Source of the DNA: Azolla caroliniana | Taxonomy: Eukaryota; Plantae; Polypodiophyta | DNA: 64,000 bases | Direction of reading: 5' to 3' | NCBI GenBank assembly: GCA_043228905.1 | Contig: JBHGNT010000011.1 | Span: forward strand, 19,034,001 to 19,098,000 | Shown: one piece after another, positions 25,801 to 36,989 of the stretch | How the letters are laid out: each line of letters starts with the position of its first letter | Position numbering within the stretch: the first letter of the stretch is position 1 | The notes under the pieces: generated by a model | The model's input: the letters and a program-made list of their open reading frames with translations, nothing else | Databases searched by the model: none | Told to the model about the DNA's origin: nothing | Translations under genes and position numbers: made by a program

Positions 25801-28800
25801 AATACATATATTTTTCATGACCAGTATACCATTGAATAATACTAATGTAAAATATCACTGCAGTGTATGAATATGTTGAGATTATATGAACTATTTTGTT
25901 TCATTATTATGTGGATCAGGAACATATTATCCATGATTGGGCCTGGGCAGGAACCCCTCACGAAGGAGCAGCATGGCTTCGATTACAGAGCCTTGCAGAT
26001 ACATGGCATCGTATTATGCTCATACCTGTAACTGGGGGAGTAATTGTAGGTGTAATGCATGCAGTATCGGTGATCATTGAACAAATCAAAGCATCAAGAC
26101 CTGGTGAAACACAAAGGTTTGATCTACTTGCAGGATTGTGCCCTACAATTAAAGCTATTCAGGCTGCTGTGACACTAGGCACAGGCTGTTCATTAGGACC
26201 TGAAGGTCCGAGTGTGGATATTGGCAAATCTTGTGCCCTTGGTTATTCTAAGGTGCTCAATAATAACAGACAGAGGAAAATTGCACTTGTTGCTGCTGGA
26301 GCGGCAGCTGGTATCTCTTCAGGTAATCCAGTAACCCAGTATGTAACTAGTCAGAAACCTCAATATGAGGTGAAGAAACGCTAAAACAGTTTACATGAAA
26401 GGGGAGCACTCGCCAGTATCTCCCTTGAAGTTACTAGAAATATTCAAAGAAGAAGAAGTGTTTCCCTCTCAGTGTCACATGAAACATAGCAAGCATAGAG
26501 ATTTCATCCTCAGGGATTGCTCAACTTGAGATGGCATTTATTCATGTCTGTATGGGTTCTGCAGGTTTCAATGCTGCTGTATCAGGATGCTTTTTTGCAA
26601 TTGAGACCGTCTTGAGGCCATTGAATTCTGAGAATTCCCCACCTCTTACCACTGCGATGATCATTTTGGCATCAGTATTATCAGCCACAGTCTCAAATGG
26701 TTTGCTGGGGGAAAGACCTGCGTTTACAGTGCCAACATATGAATTGAAGTCAGCTGCTGGTGAATGCCCTAACTAAGGGCTGTTTATCCTTTTTCTTCTT
26801 CTATTTATTGTTAGATCATTAATATTTAAACTTCCCAACTTGCCTTCGGTCATGTCCTTGCAGAGCTTCCACTATATTTACTCCTCGGGATGCTATGTGG
26901 AGTAGTTAGTGTGCTATTCACTCGGTTAGTGGAATGGTTCACGTCTGTTTTCGACTATGTGAAAGAGAGATTCGGCATTCCAATGACTGTTACGCCGGCT
27001 TTAGGGGGTCTAGGAGTGGGTATAATTGCATTGAAATACCCTGGAGTCCTTTATTGGGGGTTCACAAATGTAGAAGAGATTTTGCAATCTGGAAAGAAAG
27101 CATCAGCTCCTGGAAAATGGCTACTAACTCAATTGATTGCTGCTAAAGTGGTGGCAACAGCTCTCTGCAAAGGATCTGGGCTGGTCGGTGGTCTCTATGC
27201 ACCAAGCTTAATGATAGGAGCAGCTGTAGGCTCAGTTTTTGGAGATCTGGCTGGAAGAGTTATTAACGCAGCTATTCCGGGACATGATGCAGTTGCACAT
27301 CCTCAAGCATATGCTTTAGTATGGATTTTTATCTATGTTTTCTTTCAAGAAGAGAACTTCTAGTTGTGTAACCTAGCTAAATAATGGATCACTAGGTTGT
27401 TGCATTACACTGCAAGTTTAATAAAGCATATGAAATTAGGATGTGCTGTTTGGGTTTTAACGAGGCTCTCACTAATCATTAATGTTGATATAGTCAGTAG
27501 TTAATGTAGAAACAAACTTTATTTAGCGGAAGTATGCTTGGAGTTGCTATAAGAAAAACTGAAAAGGTGGAAGGTAATCCTCTTCTGTTGGAAGTTATCT
27601 CAGTGAGATTCACGCAAAGCATGTCTTCTGTCAAATGTAGTGGTCAACTTAGTTTTAAAACTTCAGAGCACAATTGGCTTACCACAGATGCATGAAAGAC
27701 AATGTTTTATATTTCACTAGGCTTTCTATCCTTAGCTAGTCTTGAATATGCAGAGTCTTTGTAGAGCTGGTATTTGTATTCACTCTTTATTATATTCCTT
27801 CTCCAGTTTCGAAAGGTGTTCTAGCTTTGGCTAGAAAATCTTTACTGAACTTCAACGTTAGACAACGTTTTATTTCTGTTAACTTAAAAGATGATGATAT
27901 CTATCACTTTTACTTTATTCTTTTCGTTTGAGTCACTCATTATCATTTTGCAGGTTGGAATGGCTGCGACACTAGCTTCTGTTTGCTCAGTTCCACTTAC
28001 ATCTGTTCTACTGCTATTTGAGCTCACCAAGGATTACCACATATTGCTTCCCCTCATGGTGAGCCTATTGTGAATCTCATTTCCAAATGATAGCCACTGT
28101 CTCCTGGATAACCATTTCATTAAATCTTTTTTCTTTTTTCAGGGAGCAGTGGGGCTCGCCATTTGGGTTCCATCTGTTGAAAACCAAAGAAGATCTGGGC
28201 AACATAATACTTCTTTACCTATGTCGTCACATGATTATTTACCTGTTTCAACTGATCCACAGTTAGAACATGGCCAACGTGTATGGGCAATAAAAAATGG
28301 TGAAATGGATGTTGAGCTCTGTTCTATCGATGGGGCCCCTGAACCTGGCATGATCACAGAAGCGGAGCTTCTTGATGAATTAAAGGTTTTCCATTCATTT
28401 TCTTTGCTTTTTAGAACACTTTGGGTTATCTTGTTATCTTGTGTTCCACCCATCTTTCTGCCTGATAGCAAATTGTTATCTTGTCTATTGGCTTTAAGTG
28501 TTTCGCTATGTGTCAACTTGGAATAAGACCTTTCAACATGATGATTAACATTGTTACAGCATGTACATAATACTACCTTTCAACATGATGATTAACATTG
28601 TTACAGTATGTACATAATACTTTACACGATAATTCTAACAAAATCAATGAGCATACACATGATTCCTTTTGACATGATAGTAACATTTTTACCAGAATAC
28701 ACATAGCTATATTATTAGGGGTTAATTAAGGATAGAGTAAGGAAAGAACTCTAGTCATCTACTTTTATGGGTTATTTTATTAATCATGTTCCATTATATA

Positions 28801-30479
28801 ATTAGGACTATAATGGAATTTTTTTGTTGTGGTTTTTTTCTGAGATTTTCATCTGCAGATGTTCCAGATTTGTTGAGGATTTTCATTAGAAAAACCTGAT
28901 TTTTTTTCTTTTTTATTAGGTTGGACAAGCAATGTCAAAGTGCTTTGTAAAAGTGCAAGCAACATCTACAGTGAAAGAGTCGGTTCAAGCCATGCTTGAT
29001 GCGCGGCAATCGTGTGTTTTTGTTGTTGATGAGAACGATCTATTGGAAAGCATCATGACTTTATCTGATTTGAAACGAGTTGTTCTCAATGCTGCGAAGG
29101 CCACTTCCCAGGGTGATACCACAGTGATCGATGTAAGATGTGATATCATGACATACATTTTGTCTACGGAATCTTATTAGTACCTCTTGCTAAAAATTTA
29201 TTTACATTGTGAATGAAACATACTAAATGTTGTTAGATTCTATGTCCTGTTTACCATAAGATTAGGATGTGATTTTGTTTTAAAATGTTGTTAGGATTAG
29301 GACATCTAAAAGGAAAAGTAGAAACTCATGAAAAACTAGCTTATTAGAAATTTAGTAGTGTTTGAAAGAGATATAAACATGCAGATTGATTTCAACATAA
29401 ACAAGTGTGGCCAATGCTTTGATAGTTTGTTTTTGAGTTTTAACGCGATACTTTATTAAATTGTAGTAGTGTCTTAACTTTGAAAAGTTCCATTTTCAGG
29501 TAAATAGTACACTTGTTGCTGCAGTTTGTCAGGAAGGTGATCTTGTAGTGTGTTATCCAGATATGAGTCTGAAGGCGGCACAAAACATATTTGCAACACG
29601 GCGTGTCCAATTGCTTCCTGTAGTCCTTCGAGGCAGTAGACGGTGGCAAGATCGAGGACGCAAAGTCTGTGCTATTCTTACAATGGATGATATTGACATC
29701 TGTCTCAGGTTTGCTATTAAGGGAATTGACATTAGGAAAATTTCAGGGTGGGGCCAGCAATTTCAATCAGAATGTCATTTTAGGTCCCACATTTCTAGAA
29801 TAAATCCAACTTTAGGAGTTTCTTATGAAGTTTAAATTTGTCATTATTCCACGTGGCTAGGTGTCGCTTTAAAAATAGGGGTTTTGACTGTCTAATCTAA
29901 TAGCCAAAGGTGGTATACTGGGGAACTAACAGTTGTCCATAGCTCTCTAGGACAGTATTATAAGTGGAGATAAGGCAGACACCACATAACCCTAGTAATA
30001 CACACATAAGCTTAAGTGGGTGGCTATGGTCTGGAAACTAGGCCTACCATGTCAATAGATCTATAAACGGCCCATATAGGTGTCTTCATCTTTCGGGTAA
30101 AATGTTTCTTCATTTCCATTCATTTTTCTTTTCCTCCATGATTATAATGAGGGTTTTGAATGAGGTACACACCTATGTACATATAAGATGTCCCACAGGC
30201 AAAGATACTCTTTTATGGGATCTCTTTCTTGGTTCAGTGGATTATGATTGGTTTGGAGAACTAATATCTAAGCTTTTCATTTAACCATTTCTTTAAATCA
30301 AGACTACTTTGTTTTGTTTGGGCTACATTTAATTGCGATTGTGCACACTTACATTGCAAAATTTATCTTCTTTTCTTGATATTTGGAAAACAAAAATGTT
30401 TTGTAGAAGAGAAGCAACAAAACGAGTATTGGCTTTGGTTAAAAAGGAAGAGGAAGAGGAGGTTAATTTTGGACACTAG
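19894..30479 (+). CDS. CLC-f: Chloride channel CLC-f with C-terminal CBS domains; 9 exons, ~723 aa
   Basis: Exons 19894-20169, 25920-26322, 26565-26759, 26864-27318, 27954-28058, 28143-28385, 28920-29132, 29500-29708, 30407-30479 total 2172 nt in frame. Motifs PEWTLLLVGCLLGL, IHDWAWAGTPHEGAAWLRLQ, GTGCSLGPEGPSVDIG, GCFFAIETVLRP, GSGLVGGLYAPSL, CBS repeats, and a terminal GH*. Start codon uncertain. Confidence 0.93.
20210..21000 (-). mobile_element. RTE-like LINE 3' fragment, copy 1
   Basis: The - strand reads KIAHYKAHFL..SYMDIHLPYALQSVIGQL*TSSRQLQIEVG*YARIP..EERIRQL..GVEYEEHYV.QC, a C-terminal Cys/His region typical of non-LTR ORF ends. It shares a 3' UTR with three other copies in the intron. 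Confidence 0.7.
21440..22645 (+). mobile_element. RTE-like LINE 3' fragment, copy 2
   Basis: GRKMAHYNSLF..SYMDAHLSHVLHCVIG..SSH*LEIEI..LFKQGFDPL..MDYENQRCLGLFLLE, followed by the shared 3' UTR ending aagatgttacatatcttttt. Confidence 0.7.
23583..24075 (-). mobile_element. RTE-like LINE 3' fragment, copy 3
   Basis: Direct repeat of 20210-20560: taacgtcttttaagaggccaaaatggc...gtcttcgaaagatctctagcacagg. Confidence 0.7.
24241..24390. repeat. Tandem duplication of ~80 bp
   Basis: gatgatgtga(ta)ttgaaaacaaggccc...atctgatttg...aaatcatg(c/t)atacacct occurs twice. Confidence 0.8.
24975..25475 (+). mobile_element. RTE-like LINE 3' fragment, copy 4
   Basis: ggatggatttatt...cttatacggatatacatctctctcatg matches copy 2. 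The 3' UTR atctcttgttcagtcttataggccgttttggcctcttaaaa is the reverse complement of copies 1 and 3. Confidence 0.7.
28528..28621. repeat. Tandem duplication of 47 bp in CLC-f intron 6
   Basis: acctttcaacatgatgattaacattgttacag(c/t)atgtacataatact occurs twice, with a degenerate third copy near 28665. Confidence 0.88.
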
Positions 30480-32137
30480 TTCTATACATCTTCAAGACAC
30501 TCAAGAACCTGTTTCACTCCATGGTTTGATAGTTTATAAAGGCAGAAATTGGTGTGAAAAGCTTGGAGCTTCTGTTTATTTTCAATTCTCTTCTCCCAAG
30601 CTTCATCGTAATATCGAGTCATGGTGAAATCTTCTTGTAGCCGAGTGTTTTCGGCGAGTATTTCTACGGCTATTAAGGTTGTTTATTTGAGAAAAAGCTT
30701 ATAGTTGAAATTTGTAAAGTTGCACACTGATATTTCTTCTTTCTTTGGCGTGAAATCTCAATCACTCAAAGCATTGTAACAAAAAAGAATTAATTTACCT
30801 TCTCTTTAACATTTTTGCAAGTTACAAAAGAAGTATCTTATAGTGATCTCTTCTTAATCTTACAATGAGTTTTTTTGTACATTTTGGCATCTATAAAACA
30901 ATAGCTCTAGCATTCACACCAATGAAGTGCTTTTAGATAGCCAACTAAACATTCAATGTGATTGCAATTACATTTATATAGCTCATATCTTTTGGCCATG
31001 CAGAATGTATGTCCATGGTCGTGATTGTGGACCATAAGCTTTGTACTCACATGCAAAACCAAACGTCTACTATGTATGGATACTGTTTCACTTTCTTTCT
31101 ATCCATCTTACTTCTTTTTGTGACTCACATGCACATTGCAGGCAGAATGCATTCAACTATATTTCCATTATTCATGCATAAACATATGCACACACAATGT
31201 ATATGCACATTACACACATTTACATGTACACGCATTCCCATGCTTGCTTAGCGATGCATTATATTAGTGGTTGGAACCCCAAAGTGAGGTAAAAGCCAAT
31301 AGAATACTTGAACTTCACATCAGAAGCAATCAAACGTTGGAACCTATGTCATGAGTGACATGAACATAAAGGTGTTAAGCTTAGGTGAAACCAAAGAATG
31401 TACACTCCCCAATATGGATACTCTGGCATATAAGCATATAGAGGTTTGCATATACCTACATGGATGCCATGCATAAAATAACATTTTTGGTGCCATCACA
31501 TCAGCAACCTCATGCGTGGCACATCATTAAACACCAACCTTATAATCATAGAAAGGTTTAGCATGTCAGCTCATAAACTAAGAGTTGGGAAAGAGAATAG
31601 CTCATAAAACTAAGAGTTGGGACTAAATTTTAAGTTTTCAGTCAAGGTGTTCATCCCTCAAAGTAGAAGACATGGCGTTGTCTAATTGATTGAAATCATA
31701 AAGCCCATTGTACATAATAACGACTAAAGCCATGCCCTTAAAATGGATTTGGTGATAGTTGTTTAATGATACTGTTTCAGTTTATTTTACTGCTTTCTAG
31801 CCTACCTCTCACAATTGCTTGAATCCACGATGAGCTTGTAATGATATTTTATCTGCTTTCCAATTGCATAGGCCCCGTCATGTATCAACAATTGCACAAT
31901 TGCACATTTCAATTCTCAGTATAGTTTATATTGAGTGTATCTTTTCTGTTTCAGAAATATCTCAACAAGCTATTTGTATCATATACATAAACAGATACAC
32001 CCATAAGCAAGTACATAATTAGGCATATACATACATATATTATAGTTGTAACATTATATTTCTTCACTAGGAAAGAAAATACAACATACCACTCATAGAA
32101 AGTGACACACGTATTACCCACAGTTTTTTTTTCACTT

Positions 32138-35100
32138 TCACATCATACAACAATTACACTTGCATTGTATTCTTTTGGCTTGCTTACCCTTCCTTCTTAG
32201 TAATGCAGGGACTCGTATGTCTTCAAGATTTCCAATCACAGCATTTCCAATCCTTTCTGTCGGGCTTTGTTTCATTGTGATTGCTTCACTCTGTCGATGG
32301 ATCATCCGCATCCTTTGCTTTTGCACGTTTGTTTCTTGCACTGTTATTATCGGGAATTGCCTTTTCCGAGTCAGAGGTATAGGTAATGCTTTTTGAACAT
32401 CCGCTTTTTCGTCAGGCCCTGAGAAACCGAACATTGTTACAAACTCTTTTGTTGAGCTCAACAGATTCATCGAGTTTTGTTGTAGTTTGTGTTGCTCTGC
32501 CAGTGAAGCTGCAGTGTGAACAAGTTCTTGTATGATAGAGTTGCAAAATAAGATGGTATCAGTTGCTTCGGCAAGCGTCACACTCCGCTTTAGAGTTTCC
32601 AGCTTGCAACGGTCGCCTGTGATACATATATATATATAGGAACGTGTAAGGTTTAGAGAACCATAAATGAGGAGGCTTGTGCCTATGTAAGTTATAAACC
32701 CCTAGAACCCACAGAAACCCTTAACAAAAGAAATGATATTACAATGCTATGCAACATAGCATTGTTATAGTATGTTGGAATCATGTGCACCGATGATCAT
32801 GTATATACTTTTGACATTCTATGTTGCATAGCATTCTGATAGAATGAGATTACAAAGCTTTAACCTATAATGTCAAAAACATATATATATATATATATAT
32901 ATATATGATGTGCACAGATGAGCTTACCTTCATGTTTTGTCTCCAACGTCATTTCTGCATCACGATCTAGTAACTCATCAAGATGGGTCTCTTGTATTGA
33001 TCCATGTTTTATGAAATCAACACTTGGATCTTTGATCTCCATCTTATCATTATGTTGCTCATTTTGACTGGTATCGGCGGCACGTGTTTCATCTATAGAT
33101 GGTTTCACCACATCTGAATCAACATTCTTTAATGCCATGGGATCACCCACAGCACGTGAATGCTCATAGTCCTCCAACTGATGCATAAGAGGACTCAGTG
33201 TCGGGAATTCACTCTGACAAGATGCCAATTCTTCAGGATGATTTTGGCCACAAGTATATGAGTGAGGAGGATCTGTGTTATCCATGCCAGTGTCAATATC
33301 TTTAAAACCCACAAGATCTGCAACAGTTTCTTGAATGTTTCGTCTAGATCCTGATTCATCTTCACCAAATTCAGTCCCCAAGTTTTTACGGCTACTGCTG
33401 ATGGTATCAGAAAAGGCAGGTTCTGAGGCTTGAGAAATGCTACTATGTTCATCTTGACTAGGAGCTTCTTTACCACAATTGGAATTACTAACATTGTTGC
33501 CATTAGGTAATACATGGCAACTCCCACTGAAGGTGGTAGAAAAATCGCCTGAAGAAGAGCTCGGAAATCGATGCTTCAGGCCACGAGATGATGTCACAGG
33601 TGCACTCGACAGCAAAGGTCGAAACATAGGTTGTGAATTACGCCTTTGAGCCTGATCCAAATTGTAGATGAAACTTTATACTGATAAACTTGAAGGATAA
33701 CAAAAATTAAAATCTTTAAGTAACTAATGACTGCAACATGTTTTTAAGATCATTTAATAAAAACAGAACAAACTCTTTCGACACCGTAAAAACCACGTAC
33801 TGGTGAAGGTTTGTTTGTAGTTGGCGGGAAGTGTGTCGTGCCTCCATGAATACCACCAGATTTCATCTCTCTTTTGGCAGGAGAAACTTTTCGTTTGAGA
33901 AAAGAATCATCAAGCGCGTCCTTATCGCTCCTAGTACTTGATTTAGGCTTCTCAATATGGCCACAGGACGAAATAACTGATTCTTTACTACCTCCAGCAA
34001 TTTTATAATCATGGGGAAAGATAAAATTTGTTTCCCCAGCTGATGATGCAATATTAACAGGACACTCTTTTGATTTGACTTGAGCTGTTACCTCTTTGCT
34101 AGGGTGATGCTGAGATCCACCTCTACGGATAGTTCGGTCAGACATAGATGTCCGAAGATTCGGTGGTGGCTCGGTTGAGAATCCAACAAGAGATGGATCC
34201 CACAGATGAAATTGTGGAGAGAGAGACTTCCCTTTGATTCCTCTACAAGTAGTAACAGGGTTTGTGCTTCCTGAAGATGGAGATGTATTATTGCTATAGT
34301 TGCATCGAGGTGAGGGTGTTAGAGGTCTTGAGATTGGGGATCTGGAGATCGATCCACTTCGGCTCCTTCCTGGAGATATACTATGCTTATATGGAGATGA
34401 AGATCTCAATGGAGACGGGTTGCTACGTGGTGCTGCCGAAGTAGGGCTAGATCTCCTACTGCATGACGGTGAAGATGTCCTTCTACTACTTGAATTTACA
34501 ATGCTACTTGTTGATGATCCTATACCCAAGATTGGGGTCGGGTTCTCCATGATCATTTTGTGAAAAGGTTCTTGTGGGTATAAAAGCTGAAAGCAATTAA
34601 AAATACATATATAAAACATTCCCCATCAAAAATTCATATGATCATACATTATATGGTCTAAATACAGAATATTCTAGGTTATTAACAATCTCAAAGTTTT
34701 GCTTTTGATTTTAGCATACCCGGCCAGGCCTCGTCATCGTTGAGGCCGTTCTTGTGAGTACCCTTCTTTGTGATAGATTAAGGGGAACATCTTCATCCAA
34801 AGATGGGAAGAGAGGGGTAGTGGGAGGGGTTAAAAGCCTAGAAATGACATAAAATTTGGCTAATTTCAGCAAGTTATAGAGCATAATCAACTCTCTCTCA
34901 ATCATCAACCTACATCAGATACAAAAGTAAATCGATGCTTCTTACCAGTCATAGTCATTCTTGTTTGCATCCAAGGGCAAGCTTCTATCATTGTGCTTTG
35001 GTGTGGATGGGGAAAACCCAATCGTAGAAGACAATCCATCATCATACTCTGGCAAGGAAATAAACCCTTTTAGATTCAAATTTCCATTTCATGTTTCCGA

Positions 35101-35702
35101 AACACCAATAATATAAACTCAAACATGTAATTCCTAGAAAAACACAAAACTCTAAAACCAAAATCATTCATTCATACAGAAACCATTTGAAAAGTTTCTG
35201 CAATTTAACCTGATATTTCCGAAAACCCAACATGGTAGAATGCATTGGCAGGGGGACAAAATCATAAAACGAATCAAATCTCTCACACAAAGGCATTTGA
35301 AAAAATTCTGCAATTTCACTTCATGTATGTGTCCAACACAAAAAGTAGAAGCAAAACTAAAATCTCAAAACAATTCCTAGGACACAAAACCACATAAAAA
35401 GGCATATGAAAAGCTCTGAAATTCACTTAAATATTTCAATGAAACACAATAAAAAAACATAAAACATAACTATAACCTCGAAACTCTGTAAAATTTATCA
35501 CCCACAGAAGAGCAAAAGAAAATATCCATGAAATGGAATGCCGAAACTTACTTGAAGAGAAAGCGGACGAGAGAGAAGAAGAAGTAAGCAATTCGTCCTT
35601 AGAATGGTAAATGAAATTCTGTCTTTGCCTGTCTCTCATTTCATTGAATAATCTCAGGTCTCCATATCCTCTACTAATATCCTCTCTGTGCAAGCTTCCC
35701 AT
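32138..35702 (-). CDS. Basic proline-rich protein (BPP)-family microtubule-associated-like protein; 6 exons, ~786 aa, C-terminal CaaX
   Basis: Exons 35702-35552, 35048-34946, 34837-34720, 34586-33801, 33651-32928, 32616-32138 total 2361 nt in frame. Family motifs DLRLFNEM, KNDYDWLLTPPTTPLFPSLD, GFSTEPPPNLRTSMSDR, MFRPLLSSAP and TLAEATDTILFCNSIIQEL. Ends KCNCCMM*. Confidence 0.82.
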
Positions 35703-36134
35703 TCTCTACTCTGTTCTTCTTGCTTACATGAACTTTCAAATCATCAACAAAAGTAGCTGCAACTCACAATACCATGGGCATTTGAGAAAAATTCAAAGCT
35801 TTTTTCCAGTGAAGCGAGAAAAATGTACGCAATCCTCTGCTTCTTTTTGTTTTACTCTGTTTCCTTCTTCTTCTTCTTCTTCTTCTTCTTCTTCAGATGA
35901 AAAATCTCAATTTTAAACTCAAGTTTTTCAGCAATGACAAAGAGAACATGCTACATTTATCTGTTCTTATATTTTTCCTCTGGTTTTTTTTTGTTTTTTG
36001 GCCTCTGTTTTAATAGTAGAAGTAGAATTTAGTGTGGTCACTGGCAATATGACATTAAGCTTGAAATCCTTGCATTGTTAAGGTAGAGCAGGCAGAGAAA
36101 GGGAGCCAGAGAAGCACGGAGAGCAGATAAGCAC

Positions 36135-36144
36135 GGCCTTGAGA

Positions 36145-36179
<35 letters not shown>

Positions 36180-36819
36180 GTGAGCTGAACACAGTATGTG
36201 AAGAAACCATGAGAAATTAGAGCGAGGCAAGGGGAAGAATCTAGAGAGAGTGCGGGAGGAGCAGAGTGTTGTTGAAGGAACTGAGAGAGACAGAGAATCT
36301 AGAGAGAGAGTGTGTGCCTGGGGGAACCAGAGACCAGAGAGTCTAGAGAGAGAGAGGGGGGGCAGGGGAGGAACAGAGTAACCAAGAGATTAGAGAGAGA
36401 GAGGATAGGGATTGGGGGCGGGGGCGGGGAAAAAAAGGGCGGGAAAAGGGAAGGGCAGGGACCAAAGCACGTGCGCTTTCTGGTTTTCGCGGCAAAGAGA
36501 CAGGCCGTCCTGTCGTCCATTTGCACACATGTATATCATATATTATGTAATGTATGTAATGAATGTATGTAAGTATGTAATGTATGTATGTATGTATAAT
36601 GTATGTATGTATGTGTGTGTAATGAATGAATGTATATATATTGTAATGAATGTATGTATGTATGTATTGTATGTATGAATGTATGTGTGTATGTATGTAT
36701 CTATGTATCTATGTATCTATGTGTGTATGTGTGTGTGTGTGTAATGTATGTATGTATGTCATGTGACTATTCCCGGAGTCCATCCCTCCCGTGCCGTTCT
36801 TTGGTTGTTCCATCACCAT

Positions 36820-36870
<51 letters not shown>
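36135..36870. repeat. Low-complexity block upstream of the BPP-like gene: (GA)n, G-rich tract, (TATG)n, (CT)n
   Basis: Read directly: GA runs 36140-36400, G-runs 36355-36460, TATG/TGTA 36545-36760, (CT)n 36821-36867. Confidence 0.9.
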
Positions 36871-36871
<1 letters not shown>

Positions 36872-36989
36872 GTTGCCCTTCTTATACTTGCTCCCCTATT
36901 GCTCCTCGTTCAATTTGCCCATGCATAGGAACGGGAAATGTAATAAAACAAGACAACATCCATCGCCTCGAAACTAATTAGAGCTCCTC

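Noticed and set aside
36299-36981. Overlapping ORFs such as MYVCMYV and SLSLSL
   Set aside because: They are translations of microsatellites.
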